DNA of 62,857 nt, the filler included, from Klebsormidium nitens (taxonomy: Eukaryota; Plantae; Klebsormidiophyceae): the NCBI GenBank assembly GCA_000708835.1. It is 11 parts of 11 records of this genome, joined end to end, with 100 filler letters (N's around TTAATTAATTAA, not from the genome) between each part and the next. Parts side by side here need not be neighbours in the genome. Positions count along the whole stretch, not along the records: positions 33,084 to 51,695 come from DF237558.1; positions 51,796 to 62,857 come from DF238142.1; 9 more parts are not named here. One strand, given 5' to 3'. The notes under the pieces are model-generated. The model saw nothing but the letters and a program-made list of their open reading frames with translations, ran no database searches and had not been told where the DNA came from. Below, piece by piece: positions 46,004 through 57,642 of the stretch; the stretch's first letter is position 1, and the number at the start of each line of letters is the position of its first letter. The translations under genes and the position numbers were made by a program.

Positions 46004-49000
46004 ATGGCAAGTGCGACGAAGCTGGCCACCTCATTCCAAACAGTGCCCAACGGCTGGGCGGAGCCGCGAAGCGCGTCGTGCTACCCTTCCGATGTCTATG
46101 TGGCAGGGTTACCGGCTGCGCGTGCCCCTTGTTGCCCCTCAGTAGCCCGGCGCCACTCGAGCCTAGCTGCCAGCACCTCTGGGAGGGGGCCAGCATTGGC
46201 CAGTGACTTCGTCTCATGGAAAGCGGAGGGACCTGGGCAGTGGGCCCCGCCGCTGGGAGGGCTAGGGACGGGGGACAGGAAGAGGCGCTCCGGGGTCCAC
46301 GCAGCATTTGACCTGCCGTCCAGCCCGCGCAGAGGGAATGGGGGGACAGCAGCGGGGGAGGCGGAGAAGATGCGAAGGAGATCGGGGCCAGCCCCTTTAC
46401 GGGCCATGCGACAGATCAGAGACCCCGTGCCGTCACCGGTAGAGCGACAAGCGCGGTCACCCCCTGCCGGAGCGGGGCGGGTGCAGCTAGAGCAGGTGGC
46501 TAATGGACGAGCCACCACACGCACACCAGCAGCAGTGGCAACGAGGTTTCCGCTGCCAGGGATTGGGGGGAGTCCGAGGGTGGTAGCGATGGAGGTGCAG
46601 AGCACGCCAGAGCTGCAGCAGCTGGAGATGGAGAGCGGGCTGTGCGTGGCGTTCAAGAAGTACACGCCAGAGTCGGTGAGGGGCAGCTTTGCGGGGAGAG
46701 GCGCTGAGGTGATGGGGATTGCCCGGGTGATGCAGGGTTCAAGTGGCTTGCGGGTAGAGTCAACGGCAGCATTGTGCTTTCATGGATAATCAGCAGGATG
46801 TTCTTAAGATCCTGCACTGTAAGAGGCTCAGATCTGAAGAATTTGTGAGGTTCATGGCGTAAAAAAGCTGGGACCTTGACTTGATTGACTTTTTTGCACA
46901 TTGAATTGTTCCAGTCGGGAAAATAAGAATGGGAAGTTGTGCACGAACCTCTTGTCCTCCTGCCTTCCTTATGCCGCAGCTCGGTCAAGGTAAACCTCCA
47001 AACAACAGCGGTAGCAGATCTTTCTAACTCTAGGCCTACATCGTTGATGGGCTGTAGCCCGTTGTGCAAGAATGCTGTCAGTTGTCCTCTATCCCCCAAC
47101 CGTCTCCCGTTCTCTCTTCTAGGTGCGCTCTCGTGCTCTGGAGAGCCCTGGCTCGGTGTTTGCTATCGCGGCTCGGTGTGCAGAGATTGTGTTCTCCCTG
47201 GGCACGTACTGGGCGAGCCTGTCGTGGGACTGCCTGCTGGGGAAAAGCGAGCAGCAGGTGCCGTATCGTGCGCAGCAGCTGCGGCGGCTGCTGTGCACGC
47301 TGGGGCCGTCATTCATCAAGGCGGGGCAGGTGCTGGCCAACCGGCCCGACATTGTGCGCGAGGACTACATGAACGAGCTCTGCATCCTGCAGGACAACGT
47401 GCCAGCCTTCCCCGACAAGGTGACCGCTCCCCCGCGCATGTCGGCGCCCCCACCGTGCAACGCTTGAAAGGTCCTCTTGCTCCATCACCTGCAGGTGTAC
47501 TGCCCCAGCTATTGAGGCCATGGCTGTGGCCCCAAATGTGACCACGTATGTGCAGCTGATCCCCTAAGCTCAGGCAGTCGGGTGGTAGCTGACGAGTCCA
47601 GGGTTTCCTCTTATGCAGGAGGCCTTTGACATGATTGAGCGCGAGATTGGGCGGCCTCTGGAGCAGGTGTTCAGCAGCATCTCTTCGTCCCCGGTGGCAG
47701 CTGCCAGCCTGGGCCAGGTGTACAAGGCCACGCTGGCCGCCACTGGCGAGGAAGTCGCCATCAAGGTAAGCACTGCCCTGCCGTCGACTGCAGCAGCTGG
47801 CGAACAAATGGATTGGATAGCCACCGAGCTTGAGGGAAACAAGGTTCTGTGAAAGAGTTCTACAGCTGCGTTTTGTCGTTTTGTTTGTTCGATAAGTTCT
47901 GTGTCTTTGAAACATTCGTTTGCTGGTCTTGCCATCGAAGGGCCAGATGGCGGAAATCCCTAATGTCTCCGCTTCCTCAGCATCTCGAAGTTGACCCATG
48001 GGGTCGGTCTCGCTTGTGGTGCAGGTGCAGCGGCCGGGCATTGAGCCCATCATTTACCGGGACCTGTTTCTGTTCCGCCTGCTGGCCAGCACGGTCAACG
48101 GCATCAGCCTTAAGAAGCTGGGCTGCAATGCGCAACTCATCGTGGACGAGTTCGGGGAGAAGCTGCTTGAGGTGCGCACCCCCGCAAACAGCGCAAGCAT
48201 CTGCGTGGTAGAGGACCCTTGACTTTGGTTTCAGCAGGACCCTGTTCATCGTGCAAACTCTATTTTCAGCTCGCTGTCCCAGCTGGTGGGCCGACCCTCT
48301 GACCGTGGACGTCGCTGTTGGATTCAGGAGCTGGACTACACGTTGGAGGCGCGGAACATCGAGGACTTCTACGCGAACTTTCAGGACGATCCCACTGTCA
48401 AGATTCCTGCCGTCTACCGCGCCTTCAGTGGCAAGGAGGTCCTGGTCATGGAGTGGATTGACGGCATCCGCTGCACCGACCCCCAGGTACGGCCTGTCTT
48501 TTCCCCAGCACGACGGGCATGCCGCAGCACGTTTGCTGGTTTGCAATCGCGGAACTCTTGTAGCTCCTGCTCTAGTTCGTCCCCCAGTGCGACTGGTCCG
48601 AGTGTCGGGCAAGCACGAGTCGAACGTGAAACGTGAGGGGTCACTTGTTGCTGGCGGGCTTGTGAGAGTAGCCTCTTGGCCGGTGGGAGGGGGTCTCCGG
48701 CTTGTGGGACTCGGCCTGAGTGTACCGCACATGGGTGGTGCACGTGCAGGGCATTCAAGCGGCAGGCATCGACGTGGAGTCGTTCATCACGGTGGGCGTG
48801 AGCGCGGCGCTGCGGCAGCTGCTCGAGTTTGGACTGTTCCACGGGGACCCCCACCCTGGTAACATCTTTGCGATGCGCGACGGCAGGATCGCCTATGTCG
48901 ACTTTGGCAACGTGGCAGAGCTGAGCCAGGTATGCAGCCTACAGCAAGGCTCGTGGCGCCGGCTGCCTTCTTCTGTAAGGCCTTCGGTGCTGCCTAGATC

Positions 49001-50643
49001 GAGCTGTCCTCTCTGGCAGCCTTTCGGTCTTACCCACCCACTTCGCTTGCTTTTGCGCCCTCTCTTTGCCGCGCCTTCCGCCATTCCCCCGTTGACAGCT
49101 CCCTTGTTTGCTTTCGCGCAGTACAATAAGCAGATTTTGATTGACGCCATCGTCCACGCGGTGAACGAGGACTACGTGGAGATGGCGGGCGACTTTTGCC
49201 GCCTCGGCTTCCTGGCCCCCGGCACGGACATCACGCCCATCGTGCCCGCGCTGGAGGCCATCTGGCAGAACAGTACCGGCAAGGGCCTCGCCGACTTCAA
49301 CTTCCGCACCGTCACAGGTGCGCACAGTGACCACTCATGTGCTGGCCCCTGCTCTTGTGTGACAGCACCTTGAAATATGACCGATTTTTGACAGGTTGCC
49401 CGTCTCGATGAGAGCCCCCAGACCTCGCTGGGCGGCCAGCTTATTGTTGCCTCGCGTCCCCCCCTACCATACCTTTTTTTTCTCATTCTCGTGTGCTGCT
49501 GGCTCTTGATGCGTGCATGCAGCGCCTGGTGTGCAGGCAAGTTCAACGAGCTGGTGTACCAGTACCCGATCCGCATCCCGGAGCGCTTCTCGCTGGTCAT
49601 CCGCAGCCTGCTCACGCAGGAGGGCATCTGCCTGACGCTGCAGCCCGACTTCAAGTTCCTGGAGGTGGCCTACCCCTACGTCGCCAAGCGCCTCCTGACC
49701 GACCCCGACCCCGCGCTGCGCGAGCGCCTCATTCAGGTGCTCTTCCGCGACGGCGTCTTCCAGTGGAAGCGGCTCGAGAACCTCATCCTGCTCGCCAAGG
49801 AGGGCGCGCAAATGACCGCCAAGGTCGGCACCGCCACCCCCGAGCCGCAGCCGACGACCTCCACCGGCCGGGCCATCGCCGCTAAGGTCAGCACACCTGC
49901 TCCGGCTGCACGCTGCTCACAGCCGAGGTGCACTTCAGCCTGGCTGGTGTCGGCTGACACGTATACATTCGGTCCCATGCATTCGTGGTGTTCCATACGG
50001 GCCCGTTTCGCGTGCTCCTGCGCTTCCTGCAGTGGCTGTTCCAGCCTCGACTGGTTTATGCACGTTGCCTGTCTTGCCTGCTTGGTGCTGACAGTTCATG
50101 TGTGCGGACTGGCAGCGCAAGGGCCTGGACCTGAGCGACACGGTGAAGGACGGCGCGCGTCTCGTGTTCGTGGACCCGGGCCTGCGGAGGCAGCTGCTGA
50201 TGGCGTTCACGGAGGACAGCCGGCTGCACGTGCGCGAGGTGGCGGACCTGTACCGCCTGGTGCAGGCCGAGCTGCAGCCGCGCGACATGGTGCAGAGCCT
50301 TGTGCAAGGTGCGCCCCGCCAGCCTCCATGCGCGCACACATCGCCGGATCGTCTGTGGTTTTGTCCAAGGTGCACGGGACTGCTGCTCTCTCGTGCAGAA
50401 TGCTGGACGAGGAGCTGCCCTCCTTTCACGTTTGAAAGCGTCACAGAACGAAGTTGAGGGGAAAGTACACGAGCTTTGAATGTTTCTTGCATGCTAGGCG
50501 GCTTTCGGAGTCCTTGGAACCAATGGTGACCTGGGCGCGAGTAACACGGCACTAATTTGTTTAGGCGTGTCCTTGCAGATATCCCTACCATAACGAGGGA
50601 TCTCATTCTTTCTTGGAGCGATTCCATCCTTTCAGAACGATGA
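46004..50643 (+). CDS. ABC1K1: Plastid ABC1-like atypical kinase ABC1K1/PGR6, about 10 exons
   Basis: LQQLEMESGLCVAFKKYTPES, GPSFIKAGQVLANRPDIVREDYMNELCILQD, AAASLGQVYKA, GLFHGDPHPGN, YVDFG, RIPERFSLVIRSLLTQEG, final exon 50579-50643 DIPTITRDLILSWSDSILSER*. Start ATG at 46004 is a best guess. Confidence 0.95.
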
Positions 50644-51949
50644 GGATGTCTAAGAAGGTAGAAAAGTCAGCTCATAGGCGTAGTTTAGTGCTTGCAGGAC
50701 GTAACCAAGATACGGAATCTTAGAAACATTGTTGAGCAGCGTAGCCTATGTTGAGCTGAGGCTGCTATGGCCTGGTTCGCATGGAAGTTGCTCGTTGTTT
50801 GGGAGGGGTTGGACGTCCTGCTTTTCCTACATTTTCTGGGAGAAATTGGGGCTTGTTTGGTTTGTGGAATTTGCTTCAAAGCTAGAGGGGAGCCGCCCCT
50901 TTTGATTGGCCTCACCTTTTGTCTTCGACCTGCAACAAGAGCAGCTAAGACGACAGAGTGACTCCATTTCTACTTGAACGTCTGTAAGAGTGAAGATAAA
51001 ATACTCTCGATAGCAAGTTTTCCCATCTCAGTAGGGTGTGTGAATTAGGGAACTATGCAAAAGTACCAGCGTAACACTACATTTGCCACCATTTCCACCA
51101 TGCTTGCAACATGATGTTGAGAATTCACAGCATGATGCCTCACATGGTTTGAGCTTTTCATCAAGCAACGCCTGTAGCCAAGCACTCATGCACGTGCAAT
51201 CTTTTGGTGCGCTCATCGTGTTGCTCTGAGTTGCTCTATATACATACTTGAAGCGTAGTTAAAAGGGCCGTTATATATCTCCGATATCATTAGTCGGCAA
51301 AAGAGAACGCAACAGAACTAAAATACCGGTACTAATCATGATAGCACCTCTTTTCATCAGGGCAATTAACGGGCATGCGCATGGGCTCCACTTGAGGATC
51401 ACGTCAACTCGAGTGACCCAAAGGCTTAGTATTAGAAAACACGTAGTTACCAGTCGCTCGCTGACATGTGCTGCAAGAGTGTTTATAATACAGTTTAAGA
51501 TTTGGGAACCCGAATTACTTATTAAGCCGATTTAGTAAGGTCGAACTTTCCCTTATCCGCAGATTCAAAACCCTATTACCCGTGGGACAGAAATGTGAAG
51601 ACGTCTTCATGCATATCTCATGCTTCGCTCCATCTTTTTGCGATCCGTCTTTTGCACATGAAAGGATACATCAAAAGGTACCTCGTAAACTTTAGNNNNN
51701 NNNNNNNNNNNNNNNNNNNNNNNNNNNNNNNNNNNNNNNTTAATTAATTAANNNNNNNNNNNNNNNNNNNNNNNNNNNNNNNNNNNNNNNNNNNNGCTAC
51801 CGGGGGATCCCCGCGAGGGGCTCGGAAAGCTAGCGCCGTTACATCATATAGGACTTTGCTTCTGTATTCATGGCCAAGGATGCGAGGAAGGCGAGCCTCT
51901 ATACCCAAATGTGATTCACAGGTGTTCCGACTCTGATCCCAAGTCTTCA

Positions 51950-54900
51950 CGTGCCTTCCCTGCAGTTCCACACAGTCTCCTTTGCGATGAGTGCACCTTT
52001 CCCGCAACCTTTGCGGTGCGCGGGGGCAAAGAAGGGGGCAACCTCAAGTGCTTTTGCGGTGTGCATCGCCTGTTCATACCTGGTTGCTTCAAGGTTGAGA
52101 CGGCCCGGGCAGGTGAGTTCTATGCTGCTGTTGTGTCGGCGCGCCGTGGCCTCCACAATTTGAACCCTGCACGGGTCACTCGTCCTAGAGCTGTGCTAGG
52201 TCCAAGCATGCGAATTTGCAAGTTTGCAAGTGTACATAATGGTTATCGACCACAAGCCTGGACCTGTTGTGCATGTAAGCGCTCGTCACTTGGAAAAACA
52301 TGTTCTTCGTGCCCTTTCTTCAGAGTGGGCACGTGACTGCGAAGTGTTCAAGGTAAAGAAGGAGCTGGCGCGGGCGCTTGACGAGGAGGCGCGGCTCAAG
52401 GGCAATCGAGGTGAGGGTTTGTAAGCCTCCGGACAGTGCCGCAGAAAAAACGTGCCTCTTGCTTTGACGATCCTTGATTCGGTCCAGCTTGGATTCTGCG
52501 GCCAGTGCAACTACGGAAAGACTGTCAGGCTCTCCTCTATGCTGCCTCCCGTTAACCCTGAGAATGCTCATAGAGCTCGGAACCATTTGAGCTTGGCGCT
52601 GAGTCTGCTGCGAGTTCTCTATGTGTCATGCTCGGTCCAACCACCTTCTCTCTTCTCCACAGGTTGCAAAGGTTGCAACGATTGGCAGCAAAACGAATGC
52701 TGGTGGGATCCAACTCCCAAAAGCAGAGACCTGATTGGTAAGTCATTCTCTGGACGAGTCAATTCTGGCCTCATTCTGACGGACAAGAGGTCAAGCCTGG
52801 GCACCAAGTCTAGCGCGTGCCTGGTCACTCATTTAGGAGAGACAAAGTCAGGTCCTTGGTTTGCTCAACCTGGTAGCAGGACACTCAATTGGAGACTGAT
52901 CCAACTTGTTCAATTGCAAGAACTTTTGGTGAAAGCTGCCTGCTTCTGCGTAGCCGCTCTCCTTCGATGGTCGTGTGACCGGACAAGGGTCCCCAGGGGC
53001 GTATGGACGTCGGAAAGTATTCTGTCCGTTGCCCTTTTCTGCAGAAAAGCTCTTGATTATCGGCGGGGTTGAGAGCAATCCGGGATTCTCATCGACCGAA
53101 GGGGACCGTCCCCTAGCATCAGGAGGGGACACCCAGTGGACGACGTCGGCGCGGCCGGAGTAGTCGCTCAGCCGCCTCTTCACGATGTGAGCAAGCACCC
53201 GTCCGGGAGTGCTTTCAGAGTGATTATCGTTGTTGGATCAGGCCCCAGACAATTTGCACTGCCTTGAAGAAGTGACTGTATAGAAGCCGAAGTGCAAATT
53301 GACGGCAGCGGTCGGCTAGTGTTTCTGGATCAGGGCCCTGACAATTTGCACTGGCTTGAAAAAGCGATTGTATAGAACCCGAGGTGCAATTTGTCAGCCC
53401 ATGCATCTGGCTCTAGATCACGTTGGTTTCGAGGCAATGCGCAATTGATCGCCCCTCTGTCCACATAAACCGACTCCCAACGACGCTGTGTGCCGCTTTA
53501 GAAACGTCAAACGCCCAAGCTAGGGTCGAAGTCCAACAGATTCCGCGCGCATCTTTGTTGCAGGCAAGAGACCGCCCTGAGGATTGGCAACACGCCAGCG
53601 GAGACCAGTCGCAGGGATTGGCATCCGGTGTCGGCACGAAGAGGCCGCCAGAGCAGGTAAAAGCCCCACCCACAGGTTCACTGTAATTCCCTCCACGAGT
53701 TTTTGAAGCTGCGTTTCGTGATCAGGCTGCCAAGATTTGGTCGTTGCTTCAGGAAGCTGGTCAGCACGTGGGCCTGAATCGCATCATCCAACTTATTGGA
53801 TAGGGGCTTGTGTACAGGTGTCAGCAGAGGCAGAACCGCCGAGGAGGAGGGGGAGGAGGAGACTCGTCAAGGCTCTCTGAGCTTAGGGGCGAAGCCCCTG
53901 CAGACCTTCGCACAGGCAGCGTGACCGAACCGATTTCTGGCGCCCCCATACAGTGAGCACCTATGCTGGGATCCATTCAAGACACGCATGGCGCATGAAG
54001 TCGCGCATCAGTCTCTGTCAGTTGCCTCTACGGAGCTTGAGCTCGTCACAGCGGGGCTCTTTCAGTTATTGATTGCTTGTGCATCAAGTCATAGGTCTGT
54101 ATGACGGACCCTCTAAGGCTTGCTTTCCTTCTCTTCGATATCAGGAAAGTGGAAGACCTTGAGGAGGACCTCAGTGGATCGTTCGAGCGGGCCGCGGGCA
54201 GCCGCCGCGATGGGCGCAGGGCCATGGAGGAGCAAGTGGTTGCCGACTTCTTTGCAGAGCGCAGGCAGCAGCGAGAGGCTTGCGAGGCAAGAGAGGAGGA
54301 GACATTTGGCCCAATCTCCTTACCAGAGCGACATGATCGACATGATCTGGACGATCAAGAAAGGTGAGGCCCTGCTCTAGTATCCACTGCCTCCTTTAAA
54401 GGCGCTGTAGGCGATGAAGTCTTTTATCATGATCAGATAACAGGTTCTGCTCTCGCCCCCAAGCCGACCGCTTTGTTTCGATGTTTTGAATCGGGCCCCA
54501 AACCCAATTCTGGACTTGGTCTCGAGGTGTGCCCATTCGTCTCCGCCCGCTTTTGCAAAGTGGGTCATCAGAAGTTGATCGCTTCTTCCTACTGCAGCGG
54601 TGGTGCCGGGGCCCGAGAGCAGGAACTGCAGGGAAGGCGTAGCCCAGCAACCCCAGCTCCCGACCTGGTGAACCCGTTGCTTCCTTCCAAAAACTATTGG
54701 TGCATCTCCATTCTCGAGTCTGTGGACGGTCTTTTGGTGTTTCACTTGCATGATTTTGCGCTCAAGGCAAATCTGGCACGATCATGGCACTTTGACAAGG
54801 CATGCAGCAGCAATGCTTCAATTCCTCAATGCTTGCTGGAGTATTTTGCCTACCACCATTGGGCATCCTGACCGTTGCGGTTGCTGGTGCTCGCCCAAGG

Positions 54901-55450
54901 TTCACCCACTTTGCAATCTCGTTGCCCTTTCAGGCACGGAGCCAGGAGAGCGAAGCAAGGACGTCGACGCCGGGGGTCCAAACGACTGGTCGGCCGGCGT
55001 CGAAAAAACGACGGTAAGCTCTTTGACCCAGTATTTCTGCTCTAGACTTGTCATCTCCGACACAAAGGTGACGCTTGTGTGCTGGATGCCGCCAATTGCT
55101 CCCTTAGGTACCGCGAGCGTCAGGGGCGTCAAGGGTATCACTTGATTTCCCCAGAGTTCTTCCAAATTCCATAAGTGGCGAGCCGTCAATCGACAGTAGT
55201 CAAAATGCGTACAGCGTCTTGATACGCTCCTTCTTCTTCCGCATCTGCAGCAAAAAGGCGAAAGCGAATCCTGTCCCCATGGACGAGGCGGCTCGGGAGG
55301 CCGGTCGAGCGGCTGCGGCAGCTCATCTCCAAGCTGTGGGGGCATTGAGGCCCTCGAGAACGCAACGCGAGGGGCAAGCCGTTCATCAAACGGAGCTGGG
55401 TGATTTTGAAGGCCCGCCTCCTGCACCCCCCCTCGTAAGTTGCCATGGAG
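51950..55450 (+). CDS. Scattered hypothetical exons of unknown gene(s) upstream of the primase-helicase gene
   Basis: Segments bounded by plausible splice sites: CDEC...CFCGVH (about 51985-52110), 52270-52410, 53045-53163, 54140-54363, 54935-55014, 55250-55420. Exon chain not resolved. Confidence 0.35.
53247..53396. repeat. Two diverged copies of the 57-58-bp inverted-repeat core seen at 23.9-24.3 kb
   Basis: GACAATTTGCACTG...TGTATAGAA...GTGCAAATTGAC (53248-53303) and TGACAATTTGCACTGGCTT...TGTATAGAAC...GTGCAATTTGTCA (53339-53396). Confidence 0.88.
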
Positions 55451-55574
55451 AATGCCTTTTTCCTGCAGAGGCCGGAGTAGACTTCTGTGTGCGCATCTGA
55501 TTGCCGCTACTGACCTCGCTTGATTAGCTCGTGCGAGCTCTAAGTTTGACTTCGACTTAGTTCCACCAGACCTA

Positions 55575-55990
55575 GGCTGTTTTGGGGGGCGCGAGGTTGT
55601 TTTCGGGTCTGCTCTGGGCACCTGATTTCGAAGCCGTGGTCAAGTTGATTGAGGTCGCAGGCAGGCTGTTTTGGGGGGCGCGCTTAGGTTGATTTCGGGT
55701 CTGCTGTGGGCCTGGTTTTTGGGGCTGGTTTGGGGCCGCGGTCAAGTTGGTCTTGGGGAGCGCAGTCAGGATGTTTTTGTGCCGCAATTAGGCTGGTTCC
55801 GGGTCTGGTCCGGGCCTGATTTGGGGCTGATTTCGGGGCTGGTTTGGGGCCGCGGTCAAGCTGGTCTTGCGGGCGTGGTCAGGCTGACCAGTTCTGTGCT
55901 GTGGTCAGGCTGGTTCCGGGCTTGTTGGTTTGCTCTTGGCCTGGTTTGGGGCTTTTTTTGGGGCCGTGCTCAAGCTGATTTGGAAGCGCA
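55575..55990. repeat. Degenerate G/T-rich intronic minisatellite (core GGGCCGCGGTCAAG), recurring at about 60435-60535 and 61465-61850
   Basis: GGGGCCGCGGTCAAG(C/T)TGGTCTT at about 55733 and 55846; variants at 55961, 61474, 61563, 61610, 61768, 61791. Confidence 0.8.
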
Positions 55991-56170
55991 CTCAGGCTTG
56001 TCTTGTGCCGTGGTTAGTTGGCAGGCAGCCCCGTGTAGCTGGCGCGCTTTAATCTGAAGTTAAGTTTCAAGTGTTGTCAGCCATGCGGCTTTGCTGACAA
56101 TAGGGGCGTTGTAGGTAGCAAGCCTCATCGCTGCACAACCGACCAAGTTCGAACCCCTTCTGTTGTCTTT

Positions 56171-56844
56171 TTGGCACAGGCGCTGGTGACGGACGCTCCC
56201 ATTTCAAACGTCGGGGCCCTGGTCGACCGCCTGAAGGCCAAGCGGGACGCCGAAGAGGCGGCCGCGCGAGAGGAGCGGCTCAAACGCTACGGGCGCACGC
56301 GACCCCTAGGGGCTCCACGTGGGACGGGGGATTATGCCTCGGCCCGGGCCCTGGACCAGGACCCAAGCCCCTCTTCCCCTCTGCCCTCTCTCGTCCTTCC
56401 TTCCCAGGAGGAAGACCCCGCCCTGAGCGCAGCGCAGCCCCCCACAGCAGCCCCCTCTTCACTGGTCGCGGAAGATGAACGGGCCCCGCCGTCGCCGCCG
56501 CCGCCGGCCGACCGGCCCCCCGTAGACGAAGATCCGGGTTCGGTTTCCCTGTCGCAGCCCCATGAGCCCCCCTCCCACGCCGGGCACCCACCCTCTCCCC
56601 CCCCCGCTGACCAGCCCCAGGAGCCCCTTGTCATAGCCCCGCTTCCCGACGAAAACCCACGGCCCGAGGTGGTCCCCGGTCAGCCCCCAGCAGTCGCACT
56701 TTCCCCTCCCTCCGCCCACCAGGAGTAGGCGCCCGACGACCAGGCGCTTGCAGCCGACCTGTCAAACCAGCCCTCGAACACAAGTCGGCCCACTACAGCT
56801 GAGCCGTCCGCAGAACTGTCGTCCGCACTTCCGCCCACGGAGGC
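56171..56844 (+). pseudogene. Pro-rich exon with an in-frame premature stop
   Basis: Frame stays GC3-rich and open after TAG at 56726-56728 (QE*APDDQALAADLS...) up to the N gap. Confidence 0.5.
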
Positions 56845-57108
56845 NNNNNNNNNNNNNNNNNNNNNNNNNNNNNNNNNNNNNNNNNNNNNNNNNNNNNNNN
56901 NNNNNNNNNNNNNNNNNNNNNNNNNNNNNNNNNNNNNNNNNNNNNNNNNNNNNNNNNNNNNNNNNNNNNNNNNNNNNNNNNNNNNNNNNNNNNNNNNNNN
57001 NNNNNNNNNNNNNNNNNNNNNNNNNNNNNNNNNNNNNNNNNNNNNNNNNNNNNNNNNNNNNNNNNNNNNNNNNNNNNNNNNNNNNNNNNNNNNNNNNNNN
57101 NNNNNNNN

Positions 57109-57642
57109 CTGTGGTCGAGACGTGGAGAGACGCGAAATCGATATATAAATTACGGAAGCGCCTTAGTGTGCATCCAGTCGACAGCTTTTTGGATGCATAG
57201 CCGAGCGGCTAAGGCGGTCGGCTTCCGTACTGTTACAATGGTATCAGAGGTCGAGACCTCCACGACGGAGGTCGCGGGTTCGAATCCCGTTCGAAGCATT
57301 TCGGCGCCTTCTTGGTCGCAAGTCTGAATCGGGGCAACTCGGGTCGCACCGGCGACTCCCGGGCCTGGCCTAGGTTACGCGGACCTAGGGGGGGGTTGTT
57401 ACGCTCGAGGACGAGCTTGGTCCAAGGGGGGAGGAATGTAACGGCGGGTTAGCGGTGAAACGCGTGAACCCGTATACGGTCCAAAGCGGAACGAAAATCG
57501 ACGCGATAACCCGGCCGCGACGCGCGGACGGCCGACGCGAAATCGATATATAAATTACGGAAGCGCCTTAGTGTGCATCCAGTCGACAGCTTTTTGGATG
57601 CATAGCCGAGCGGCTAAGGCGGTCGGCTTCCGTACCGTTACA
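57109..57642 (+). mobile_element. Terminal-repeat retrotransposon in miniature (TRIM) carrying a tRNA-like sequence
   Basis: 5' LTR end GTTACA at 57237 (its start lies in the N gap); PBS TGGTATCAGAG 57239-57249; about 200-bp non-coding interior; PPT AAGGGGGGAGGAA 57424-57436; 3' LTR 57437-57642 with TGTAACGG...CCGTTACA; 57129-57237 matches 57534-57642 except one base. Confidence 0.9.
57191..57298 (+). promoter_or_regulatory. Split tRNA-like Pol III type-2 promoter: A box in LTR, B box after the PBS
   Basis: A box TAGCCGAGCGG 57198-57208; B box GGTTCGAATCC 57277-57287 inside a T-arm, preceded by a CCTCC/GGAGG variable arm. Acceptor stems do not pair, so this is not a functional tRNA gene. Confidence 0.75.

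Noticed and set aside
33566-50627. Numerous long overlapping ORFs in the ORF track across the host genes
   Set aside because: By-products of high GC content: antisense or intron read-through frames of the spliced LETM1-like, TL20.3, NUP43 and ABC1K1 genes.
57191-57298. Functional intron-containing or permuted tRNA gene
   Set aside because: The 5' acceptor GGATGCA does not pair with TCGAAGC, the anticodon arm is poor, and the upstream complement TGCATCCA lacks a T-arm, so it is not a permuted gene.
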